From Macrostomum lignano (taxonomy: Eukaryota), in assembly GCA_002269645.1 (NCBI GenBank), contig NIVC01002311.1:62001-126000 (forward strand): a DNA stretch of 64,000 nucleotides, written 5' to 3'. Position 1 is the stretch's first letter, and each line of letters opens with the position of its first letter. The notes beneath the pieces are model-generated. The model saw only the letters and a program-made list of their open reading frames with translations. It was not told the origin of the DNA and searched no databases. Position numbers and translations under genes: made by a program. Positions 1-10,584 of this stretch are shown here, piece by piece.

Positions 1-1087
1 ACGTACAGACGCTTCCCGTCATTAACTTTGTAGTACTTGTAGAACATTAGCGTGAGTACAGTTAATACGGCTGCCTTTCGTTACGGCTCGCGGTCGGGTC
101 TCTTTCTAGCAGCGTTGTTAGTCGCTGCCACAAGTTCCTTCAGGTCTCAGTCTTCGGTGAGATGAGCTTCTCGTTGGAAAGAGAGAAATAAACAAAACAA
201 CGAAGATTTTCAAGTTTACGATCATAGGCGTCTGGTCAGCAGATCTTCCTGGGCTCAGTGGGTGATTGGGAAGGCGAGTTTGCCTTTGGTAGACTTGGGC
301 GTCTGAGTTTATTTGGGTGTTATTCAGGCTTTGAATTCAGGCACATAGAAATAGCGGGTCTCAAGAACTTTGAAATAGCTAAGAACAAAAAACTAGAGAA
401 ACTCCTTGACTGGAAACAAGGGTGAGCGGTTCCGTATTTATAGCCTTCGAAACCCCCCTGCTCTATTGTGCGCAAGACCGCGTGACACAGTGTCTATTTG
501 TAGAAACTGACGTCACCACCCACCTTTTAGAGAAGGCATGGGTTTCGGGGGTATGTGATTTCCGCCACGGACCAGTCACTTTAAGACTTCAAAAAACAAG
601 GCTCGTATTGTGAATATAGGTCACATAACAAGGGAAAAACGGACTGGGCCATCAGTTAAACCACCAGTGACCTCTTGACTGAAGCAAACGAAGAGCAGAC
701 CACAGCAGAGATGCCAGTGACTGCAGAGAAGAGCGCAGAGCAAAAAGAGGGAGGCGGGGAACAGGCACAGCAAAAAGGGAAGGGAAGCTGCCCAGCGGTA
801 GACAGCAACCCAAGGCTGTCTACATTACACCGGTGTGCGATGCCAGTGAGAGAATCCTATAAATGTCCTCGCGGGAGTCCTCTTCTTCAGAGCGTCCTCG
901 TACTCCGCGGGGAAACTCATGTACAAGATTTTACAGGGAGCGTCCTTTGCCGGAGCCTCCGGCAAAAGCAATCTCTTGGACACGGAGACGAAAATTCAGA
1001 TCTTGATCGGAGATAATCCACTGGCACGCTTACATAACAACCTACTTAGAAGCTCCATTAAATAAGAAGACTCAAAGAACTCTAACA
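1..1087 (-). mobile_element. Probable LTR (left end unresolved or outside window) in the intron upstream of the first WSC microexon
   Basis: Ends ...CTCTAACA at 1087 (TGTTAGAG on minus). Minus-strand TATAAATA at 435-442 is followed by AATAAA at 308-313 (U3-R order). Homology to the other WSC intron units starts only after ~1105. No TSD found. Confidence 0.4.
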
Positions 1088-1236
1088 CCCTCGTAAAGAT
1101 AAAGTGTAATTTTACAAAGTCTCGAGCACTTTACTGAGCTCAGTAGCCAACCTGCTATTGACATGTCTGCAAAAACTAACGTAGCTTTTATCGATTCTTA
1201 ACATTAAAGCGATTAAATTGCTGCCTCTTGTTGCAG

Positions 1237-1248
1237 AGCACCCGAACT
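1237..1248 (+). CDS. WSC gene microexon 1 (12 nt, E-H-P-N linker)
   Basis: ttgttgcag|AGCACCCGAACT|gtaagt; phase 1 on both sides. Confidence 0.75.
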
Positions 1249-4200
1249 GTAAGTAATCATCAATCCACCAATATATAATTATAATTTCTTCCGTAATATT
1301 TATAGTGCAAACACTTTACTCAACCTTTTGAATGTTGGGTAAATTTACACTGGTGTTGGGACATTGGCAGAAACAGACCTCACTCTCCACTCCTTAATTG
1401 ATCCAATGAGCCTCAGAGGAAGAGATCAAGGTGTCTTAGGTTATCTGGCCGGACCCACTTCGAACTCTGAGCAGAAGATCGCGTCTTCGTTGGGATCGAC
1501 CCGTCCCCAGGCACACAATACAATACGAATCTCCAGTCATCTAAGAAATAACGCAGCTCACTCAACATGCTCTTGGATTCCACGAGTCCGACAGGCAAGC
1601 GAGCGACGGGCTTGGTTGCACGGAGCGCTGAGTAGTATGGTAGTTGACTGACTCAGCTGAGTGAGCTCTCGATCGTCTGAGATTATCTGAGTATCTGAGT
1701 CTGAGTAGACTCTGCGAACCACCCATGTTATTAACCTCAACACACAAATCATACAAATATTGTACACTGCTTCACCCTTGGGTGCAGCAATCCTGATTAC
1801 AACTGACAATGCGACTAGCGACTGTAGCGACCTTCTGCTTTAATTCTTTATGAGTTTGAGTAGTAGCAATTCGCTTTCTTATTCTTAATACTTTGCATTA
1901 AAATTTCAGTTAAGCTGCAAGGTTGCTACATTAGTAACGATACAAGTTCTAATCTACAACACCGCATTTCAACCAGCGAGTCAATGACAATTGAGAGCTG
2001 CCAAAAGGACTGCAGTCGCTATACTTATCGCTACTTTGGAGTCGCAAATAAAACAGAATGCTATTGCGGGGATTCACTAAGAAAAGAGCAAACTTCAAAC
2101 GAATGTAATTACAGGTGTCCAGGAAATCTAAAGCAGATTTGCGGTGGTTCTGAGTACATGGTGGTGTACGAGCAGCCGGATATACTTCTTGCAGCCTCTG
2201 CTGGTGAGAATATTATAATTAATGGTCGTTGTTAGTGGTCTTGAACTCAAAGTTTTTTTTTTCTACGATTTTGTATGTCTCCATATACGTTTGAGTCTGA
2301 AGCAATCTGGAGCTAATCATGCACGTGCAGAGCAGTTGGCATTCACCAGGTGCTTGCCAAGTTACGTGGGTCTACTTGTAGAAAGCGAAGGGCAGTCGTC
2401 GAAGCTTTAAAGTACGGAATACTCTGTAGTGCGCTTGTGGCCTCAGAAATAACAGGGTTTCTCGGGCCGTATAACTGAGTTTCTATGCTCGCACGAGCGT
2501 ATAGATTGATGGCCGAAGCGCGGCTACACGTGTTACGCAGAGGCGGATCGATGAGATGCCAAAGTTTAACTGAGAGTTGCTGGTAGACCAATTAATCATA
2601 AAATAGAGAGTACGGGTAACGGTAAGGCCATGGCTTAAGGGAATTGCTGAGATACCGAGACTCAGAGGCTGATGCTGATGCTGGGTATGGGCGGATGCTG
2701 GGTAGACAGCAGGCTTTGAAGCGTTTGGCTTTGAACATCTCTTTCTTTAGAAATCTTAAAGAAGCGAGTATGTAATCTTACGAAGTCTTCTACACTTATT
2801 TTTTGGCTTAAATATTTTACCCCCAACTGGGGGCAATGATTGATTGCATTCGCAGAAAATGTTGTAGGGCCTCTGGGTCATTCCACAATTTCCATAGTAT
2901 ACTTGAGCTCTGGAATCAAATTATTTTTTACGAGTAACATTGAGCTTTCACGTGAATAACCGATCGTTCCGGTAGCGTACACTGCCCGAGCGGCAAGACA
3001 CTGTTGTTGACTATACTTTATGGCATTGAGTGCTGAGTGGCGTTGTCAATGGATCGAGGTTTTCCTGTTTTTCTCTTCCCCATATTCCTCTTGTCGGGAT
3101 TGACTTATGTCAGTTTACGACCAGTCATTGGTGGATTCATTTTCGAAAGGAATTTTGGAATATTTTCTTCCTATAACTTAGCGAATAACGCGTCTCTTGC
3201 TGTTTCGCAATCTGTTCCTTAGACTACGTATTCGCTTGCACAAACTGGTTCCCTCAACCAGCCGACGAGCAATCTTTTCACAATTTTGGCAAATGAGAAA
3301 AATTCTTTGAACACTTGAATCGGTTATTCGAACCTTATCTGAGAGACTGTGCGGTTCACCGATCCTCTGATATTCCTCAATTGAGACTCCTCTGAATTTA
3401 TAGTCAAGAGTGAGATGGGGTGAAGCGCTTTTAAACAAATCGGCTTTTATTATTATTCTGGCGCGAATTTAAATGAAGGAGCCGCTAACAAAAAATAGCA
3501 ACATCAATAATACAGTACTAAATACGCTGACAGATTAAAGAGATGAAGATCATACACGTATCGAGAAGCAATGGGCCTCATCTTCAGATTCAAATTCACA
3601 CGAAGCTCAACATAAAAGTTTTGTGCCGTTTATTCGACTGAATAAAGCCTTTAGTCTGGAGTTTTTAGTCGAAACCGACAGTCGAATTGCAGTTTCACCA
3701 AGTCTTAGCACTTTACATAGAGCAGTAGCCAAACCTGCTATTGACAAATATGCAAACTACGACGTAGCTTTTACTGATTTTCCATTTTTCAATTTTCAAA
3801 CTGCTTTCTCCTCTTTCTCCTGTTGCAGAGCACCAGAACTGTAAGTTCATCATCAACTCACCAATATATGCTTATAATTTCTTTGTGGTATTTAAATTGA
3901 CAACGCTGTACTCAACTTTTTGAATGTTTGGTAAATTTACACTGGTGTTGGGACAATGACAGAAACTGATCTCACTCTCACTCCTAAATTAATCCAATTA
4001 ATCTCGGAGCACGAGCTCAAGGTAGCTTCGGTCGTCTGGCCGGACCCACTTCGAACTCTGAGTGGAAGATCGCGTCTTCGTTGGGATCGACCCGTCTCCA
4101 GGCAGACACAATACAGTACGAGTCTCCAGCCTGAAGTGTTAGTGGTGATCAGTGACTCGAAAATTCCTACTTCTAGACAGTGGGGAACAAGTGCCACGAG

Positions 4201-6685
4201 GTGTATGCAAAATCAAATAACTCTTAGTGCAGCGGATCCTTTAGTAGCTTTTAGACGTCTTGGTTTGGCTTAGGTGATTCGTTACCCCCGGCAGTCCTTG
4301 ACTTTTATCTGTGGGTCGACAAAAAACGAGAGCGAATCAGAATTTTTTGACGGTCCTCGAGCTCGGAATTAACAATAGAACGTGCGCCCTAATGAACAAT
4401 TGAATTCTCTGAATAACTGTATTAGGTCCTCCTGAAGGGTGTCTTATTCGCTACATCTGAAACGTAATGGATAACTCAAATCAAATCAATAATCCTCTAG
4501 GAATATATCCCAGGAAACAAGGAGGCCTTTCTCAAATGTATCCACAATGAACTGCTCTCGTAAACTCAATTAATCAACTTATTATCACTAACAATTAAAG
4601 AACTGAATCCGGTAAACGCTTACCAATTGGACAAGTGTGGTCCCTTAGAGATTGGTCTTCTTCTTTGTTCCTTCAGAGTCTTCTTAAAGACCGCTCTGAG
4701 TCTGAACTTTTTACTCAGATTTTCACTTATATTTATAGCAAAATTTTGGAGAAAAACCGGTTTAGGATCGGATACTTACTTACTCCAATTATGTTTGATT
4801 AAGCTGTCATGTATGTTTGAGCATTACCATTATATGGGGTTAAGCAAATACAGCTGTTGGAAACAGGTTCCTTGATATAAAATGTTGGTCCCATGTGGGG
4901 TTCTAAATCACTCTGATTCATAAAATAGATATGACTCATTCTAGAATAAATTGACTTTCTTTGAAGAATAATTTTAGTGGGGCATTACGGTATGGTCTAA
5001 CAGGGGCGTAGCCAGGAATTTTGATTGGGAGGGGGCCGTGAGTTAGGGGGCGCCAGCTTCTTATAGGGGGGCGCCAGTTTCTTTTAGGGGGGGGGCGCCA
5101 GTTTCTTATAGGGGGAGGGGCGCCAGTTTCTTTTAGGGGGGGGCGCCAGTTTCTTTTAGGGGGGGGGCGCCAGTTTCTTATAGGGGGGGCGCCAGTTTCT
5201 TTTAGCGGGGGGGCGCCAGTTTCTTTTAGGAGGGGCCGGGGGCACCAGTTTCTTTTAGGGGGGGGGGGGCGCCAGTTTTTTATAGGGAGGGGGGGCGCCA
5301 ATTTTTTTTTAGGGGGGGGCCCAGTTTCTTTTAGGGGGGGGGGGCGCCAGTTTCTTTTAGGGGGGGGGGGCGCCAGTTTCTTTTAGGGGGGGCGCCAGTT
5401 TCTTTTAGGGGGGGCGCCAGTTTCTTTTAGGGGGGGGGCGCAGTTTCTTATAGGGGGGGGGCGCCAGTTTCTTTTAGGGGGGGGGCGCAGTTTCTTATAG
5501 GGGGGGCGCCAGTTTCTTATAGGGGGGGGGGCGCCAGTTTCTTTTAGGGGGGGGGCGCCAAGGCCAGAGTTGGTTGATTGGGGGGGGGCCACGGCCCCCT
5601 TGCCCCCCCTCTGGCTACGTCCCTGTGGTCTAATAAGTCTCTACAAGCCCTCTAAGAAATAACGCAGCTCACTCAACACACTCTTGGTCTCTTGCTCTCA
5701 CTCAACAACCACAACACACAAATCATATAAATATTGTGCACTGTTTCATCCTTGGGTACACCGATCCCGACTACAACTGGCAATGTGATTAGCGCCCTTC
5801 CACTTCACATGTCCATGAGTTTGTTTAATTCTTTTGCATTAAAACCTTTCAGTTAAACTGGAAGGCTGCTACTTTCATTACGACGATACGAGTTCCAACC
5901 TACGCCGCTACAAGTCATCCAACGAGTCCATGACAATCGAGAGCTGCCAAAAGGACTGCAGTGTCACTGCTGATCGCTACTTTGGAGTAATAAGTGGAAC
6001 GCATTGCTACTGCGGTGATTTAATTATGAGTGCACAATTGTCTTTGAAAAAGTGTGATTACAGGTGTCCGGGAAATCCAAAGCAGATCTGCGGTGGTTCT
6101 ATCACAATGGTTGTGTACGAGCAGCCCGCCTCTGCTGGTGAGAATAATCTAAAAATCAATTTTCATTCTCCTTTAATTGTCGAATTCAAACTTGGGTTTT
6201 CAGGATTTTTTATAATTCGTGCTCCGTCTCCGTATGGTTTTGTGCCTGAAGCAGTGAATGAAGGTTCGCAGGGAAGTTGCTGAGGTGCCAATGCTGACGA
6301 GAGGATTTCTGAGATAATAATGCTTAACTGGGAGTTGCTACTAGGCCTATAAATAGTAACAATAATAATTTATTACACCTGCCCTAATGGACATGTGTGC
6401 AACCGAAAGCTCAGCCGCAGCTATTGCACGGCGCATCTAATAGCTGTGTATGGCTGTTCAGTCCAAGGACTGGACTGGGGGGTCACGCACACACTCTCAA
6501 TTACCCAAGCTATAAATGCTGGCACTCATTTTACAGCTGGGTGAACTGAAGCAATGCAGAGTTAAGTGTCTTGCTCAAGGACACAAATTGTTCCGACTCG
6601 CTCGAGAATCGAACCCCCGACCTTCAAGTCATGAGTCCGACGCTTTAACTACTAAGCTACAACCTCATGTACATGTAGGCCAAAC

Positions 6686-6771
<86 letters not shown>

Positions 6772-8291
6772 GGCATTGCTTAAGGAGAAAGTTGCTGAGA
6801 TGCCGAGTCAAACCTTTACTTTTCATGTTTTGTTGTCTCCCAACTGGGGCAAACCTTGCTAGTAATATTGAAGAAAAGCAACAGCAACAGCAAGCAACAT
6901 CAATGACAGCAAGAGCCACAGCAACGCCGAAGACCAATCTGATCATCTACGCGGATGACCTCAACCGCGTCCGCCTCGTCCCCAAACAGCATTTCTCTCG
7001 AAGAAAAGCTCAACGACTATACCTAGCCTAACTTTTTTCTGCTCTCGAGTCGCATAAACTACAGATTTCAACCTCGAAATGTACCGCCACCCTATTTAGC
7101 CCGGGAAAGAGCAGGTACTCGCGGCAACTACGTGTCTACATGTACATCAACGGCACACAACTCCTGCCAGCGCTACACTAAAAATTCTGAGTGTCACGTT
7201 CGACCCCAAGCTATCTTTCTTTAGATATGTCTCTAACCTAGCGGAGATAATAAGGAAGAGAGCCAGCATTCTGCACTGACTTGCCGGCTTTTGTTTTAAG
7301 CCACTGTAAAGTATTGCTGTATTCAATTTTAAAGTGACTAAATTGCTGTCTCTTGTTGCAGAGCACCCGAACTGTAAGTTCATCCTCAATCCACCAATAT
7401 ATACGAGTAGCTATAATTTCCTTCGTAGTATTTATAGTGCAAACGCTTTATTTAACCTTCTGAATGTTTGGTAAAGGGGTTGGTGTGGGGACAATGGCCG
7501 AAACGGATCTCACTCTCCCTCCTAAATTGAACCAATGTCTTCTGGCCGGACCCACTTTGAACTCTGAGCAGAAGATCGCGTCATCGTTGGGATCGACCCG
7601 TCCCCAGGCAGACACAATACAGTACGAGTCTCCAGCCCTCTAAGAAATAATGCGGCTCACTCAACATGCTCTTGGATTCCACGAGTCCGGCAGACAAGCG
7701 ACGAACTTGGCTGCACGGAGCGCTGAGTAGTATCGTAGTTGACTGACTCAGCTGAGTGAGCTTTCGATCGTCTGAGTTTATCTGAGTATCTGAGTCTGAG
7801 TAGATATACTCAGATGTACAATCAATACCATCAACCTCAACACGAAAATGATATAAATATTGAGCACTGTTTCATCTTTGGGTACACCGACCCCTTCTAC
7901 AACTGACAAAGTGACTAGCGCCCTTCCACTTTACTTGTTCATGAGATTAAGCATGAGCAGTTCGTTAATTTGTTGTTCGCTTAATGTTTAATTAGTTTGC
8001 ATACAAATTTCAGTTAAACTGCTCGGTTGCTACTTAAATTCCAAAAAGCAGGATAGCCTAAGCCTCTTCATGTCATCCAGCGAGTCAATGACAATCGAGA
8101 GCTGCCGAAAGGACTGCAGTGTCTTTACTGCTCCTTACTTTGGAGTAATAAGTGGAACATATTGCTACTGTGGTGATTCAATAATGGGGACGCAATTGTC
8201 ATTAAGAAAATGTAATTACAGGTGTCCGGGAAATCCAAAGCAGATCTGCGGTGGTTTTGACTCGATGGTAGTGTACGAGCAGCTTTTATGA
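1237..8291 (+). CDS. Tandem WSC-domain (carbohydrate-binding) protein, 3' portion, 5' end probably outside window
   Basis: join(1237..1248,1910..2203,3829..3840,5853..6137,7362..7373,8014..8291); all introns GT-AG and phase 1. Each large exon encodes a full WSC pattern (GCY...MT.E.C..DC...YFGV...CYCG...C.YRCPGN..QICGG...VYEQ). Stop TGA at 8289-8291. Confidence 0.85.
1910..2203 (+). CDS. WSC domain exon 1
   Basis: aaatttcag|TT AAG CTG CAA GGT TGC TAC ... GCC TCT GCT G|gtgaga; 294 nt. Confidence 0.88.
2941..3609. mobile_element. TG...CA element with short imperfect terminal inverted repeats and 4-bp TSD (solo LTR or MITE)
   Basis: Starts TGAGCTTTCACGTGAAT, ends ATTCACACGAAGCTCA; ACAT at 2937-2940 and 3610-3613. 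Confidence 0.5.
3829..3840 (+). CDS. WSC gene microexon 2 (12 nt, E-H-Q-N)
   Basis: tgttgcag|AGCACCAGAACT|gtaagt. Confidence 0.75.
4132..5645 (-). mobile_element. Solo LTR (about 0.88 kb net) carrying a nested hAT MITE
   Basis: TG...CA ends, TSD AGCC (4128-4131, 5646-5649). The paralogous intron in unit 3 shows the empty site CTCCAGCCCTCTAAG. Minus-strand TATAAATA at 4730-4737. Confidence 0.7.
5001..5625. mobile_element. Non-autonomous hAT-type element (MITE) with internal G-run tandem array
   Basis: TIR CAGGGGCGTAGCCAG / CTGGCTACGTCCCTG (1 mismatch); 8-bp TSD TGGTCTAA (4993-5000, 5626-5633); internal array of about 23-bp GnCGCCAGTTTCTT(T)TA units. Confidence 0.85.
5853..6137 (+). CDS. WSC domain exon 2
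   Basis: acctttcag|TT AAA CTG GAA GGC TGC TAC ... TCT GCT G|gtgaga; 285 nt. Confidence 0.88.
6361..6664 (-). mobile_element. tRNA-headed SINE with CORE-like central domain
   Basis: Minus strand: A-box-like TAGCTTAGTAG, B-box GGTTCGATTC (6606-6615), then GTGTCCTTGAGCAAGACACTTAACTC...CAGCTGTAAAATG (6527-6584) resembling the MIR CORE, and an ATT-rich tail near 6361-6375. Confidence 0.75.
6688..6767. repeat. (GA)n microsatellite
   Basis: About 40 GA units. Confidence 0.95.
7362..7373 (+). CDS. WSC gene microexon 3 (12 nt, E-H-P-N)
   Basis: ttgttgcag|AGCACCCGAACT|gtaagt. Confidence 0.75.
8014..8291 (+). CDS. WSC domain exon 3 (terminal coding exon)
   Basis: aaatttcag|TT AAA CTG CTC GGT TGC TAC ... 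VVYEQLL stop. Confidence 0.85.
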
Positions 8292-8370
8292 GGCCTGATT
8301 TATTATTTATCAGAGAAGTAACTAACTTTTAAAGACACATCATTGAAAAACATGATGATTCTGATTAACA

Positions 8371-8376
8371 AATAAA
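8371..8376 (+). terminator. Candidate polyadenylation signal of the WSC gene
   Basis: AATAAA 80 nt after the stop codon. Confidence 0.45.
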
Positions 8377-8833
8377 CGCAATCTTTAAACATTGTCCGCA
8401 GTGTCCGTGTTCTCTCAAACAATATATACTTCCTAAGGGCCGCACTGACGCAGAAAGTTTTGCTGTTAAAAGTGCTGCAGCAGAGCCTCATATGTGTAAA
8501 TATGTGGTCACAGCTTCATATTCTAGTGTAGCGCACAGACTTCAGCAGCTGGGTGGAGGAGGGTGTGGTGTTGCAACGGCCTTCGGGCGGTCTGTGAACA
8601 ACCGGAAGAAGCTATGAAGTACTGGGAGTGGTGGAGAGGTCACCCGCCGTGGGGGCCAGGAGGAGGCCCCTAGCCGTGGATGAAAGGTGTTTGGCAACAA
8701 CAACAACTGCAGCAGATGTGACGAAGCGAGTGACGAAAATTGACGAGAGAAAGAGACCGGTGCGATTGACCGCCGACACCGACTCCGAAGACGAGACCGG
8801 CAGCCCGAGTAAAGAGACATCAAGCGAAGAGTT

Positions 8834-9295
8834 GAGAGGCCGGCAGACGGGAGGCCATAAGAGGCCGGCAGACGGGAAGCCATAAGAGGCCGGCAGACGG
8901 GAGGCCATGAGAGGCCAGCAGACGGTAGGCCATGTGAGGCCAGCAGACGGGAGGCCATGAGAGGCCGGCAGACGGTAGGCCATGAGAGGTCGGCAGACGG
9001 TAGGCCATGAGAGGCCAGCAGACGGGAGGCCATGAGAGGCCGGCAGGCGGTAGGCCATGAGAGGCCAGCAGACGGAAGGCCATGAGAGGCCAGCAGACGG
9101 TAGGCCATGTGAGGCCAGCAGACGGGAGGCCATGAGAGGCCGGCAGACGGTAGGCCATGAGAGGTCGGCAGACGGTAGGCCATGAGAGGCCAGCAGACGG
9201 GAGGCCATGAGAGGCCGGCAGACGGTAGGCCATGAGAGGTCGGCAGACGGTAGGCCATGAGAGGCCAGCAGACGGGAGGCCATGAGAGGTCGGCG
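8834..9295. repeat. 25-bp minisatellite (GAGAGGCCAGCAGACGGKAGGCCAT), about 18 copies
   Basis: Direct reading; explains the 25-aa periodic ORFs. Confidence 0.92.
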
Positions 9296-9790
9296 GCATT
9301 ATGATGAGCAACGAAACCCGAAACCAGATGCCAGATGAAGGGATGATGATTTGACGAGAAAATTGGTGGGCGGCTGCAATGGCATGGCCCTTTGTTTTAA
9401 CTAATTTATTTACGTTAGGGAATTTTTTGTTCGGGAGCCATGTAGAGAAAAATAAGAAAGACTACTTAATTTGAATTAAAAATTTATACATAAGTAGGGC
9501 GCACGCCAAGAGCCAATCAGAAGGAAGCGAGGGGGAGAGATGAGACTAACGACATTGAACTGGCCAGAGAGAGAGAGAGAGAAAACAGAGTAAACAACGA
9601 CAAGTGCAAATGAACTGAAGAAGTGAGCAAGAAGCTCTCAAAACTAGCAGCGTGGGTTCAGCAAACGCCAAATTATTGTCTGCGAATTTAAAGAAGCAGG
9701 CCGAATGATGCTTTTGTCATTGAAAATAATAATCAAGTGGGAATCCTCATTCGCTGTAGCAGCCACTGCCACATGACTGCAATCGGCCAT

Positions 9791-10584
9791 TGCCAATCAG
9801 GCTAATAAAAAGCCAATCAAGCTGATAAAAAGCCAATCAAGCTGATAAACTAGCCAATCAAGCTGATAAAAAGCCAATCAAGCTGATAAAAGCCAATCAA
9901 GCTGATAGAAGGTCAATCAAGCTGATAAAAGGCCAATCAAGCTGATAAAAAGCCAATCAAGCTGATAGAAAACCAATCAAGCTGATAAAAGACCAATCAA
10001 GCTGATAAAAAGCCAATCAAGCTGATAAAAAGCCAATCAAGCTGATAGAAGGTCAATCAAGCTGATAGAAGGCCAATCAAGCTGATAAAAGGCCAATCAA
10101 GCTAATAAAAGGCCAATCAAGCTGATAAAAAGCCTATCAAGCTGATAAAAAGCCAATCAAGCTGATAGAAAACCAATCAAGCTGATAAAAGACCAATCAA
10201 GCTGATAAAAAGCCAATCAAGCTGATAAAAAGCCAATCAAGCTGATAAGAAGCCTATCAAGCTGATAAAAAGCCAATCAAGCTGATAGAAGGTCAATCCA
10301 GCGGATAAAAGGCCAATCAAGCTGATAATCAGCCAATCAAGCTAAAAGAAGGTCAATCAAGCTGATAAAAAGCCAATCAAGCTGATAGAAGGTCAATCAA
10401 GCTGATAAAAAGCCAATCAAGCTGATAAAAAGCCAATCAAGCTGATAGAAGGTCAATCAAGCTGATAAAAAGCCAATCAAGCTGATAAAAGCCATTCAAG
10501 CTGATAAAAAGCCAATCAAGCTGATAAAAAGCCAATCAAGCTGATAAAAAGCCAATCAAGCTGATAAAAAGCCATTAAAGCTGA
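9791..10584. repeat. 20-bp minisatellite AGCCAATCAAGCTGATAAAA, about 39 copies
   Basis: Direct reading; variants GGTCAATC and GATAGAA. Confidence 0.95.

Noticed and set aside
675-1016. 113-aa ORF as an upstream exon or gene
   Set aside because: No recognisable domain or splice pairing; it lies in an LTR-like segment
1340-1720. GC-richer block repeated in each WSC intron as an antisense exon or SINE (GGGTCGATCCC is B-box-like)
   Set aside because: Frames are not conserved among the three copies and there is no A box or tail; unit duplication explains the similarity
6590-6664. Functional tRNA gene
   Set aside because: A and B boxes are present but there is no acceptor stem, and it runs into a CORE-like SINE body
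6668-7145. Element bounded by TACATGTAG(G/A)C inverted ends
   Set aside because: The match rests mostly on the palindrome TACATGTA; no convincing TIR or TSD
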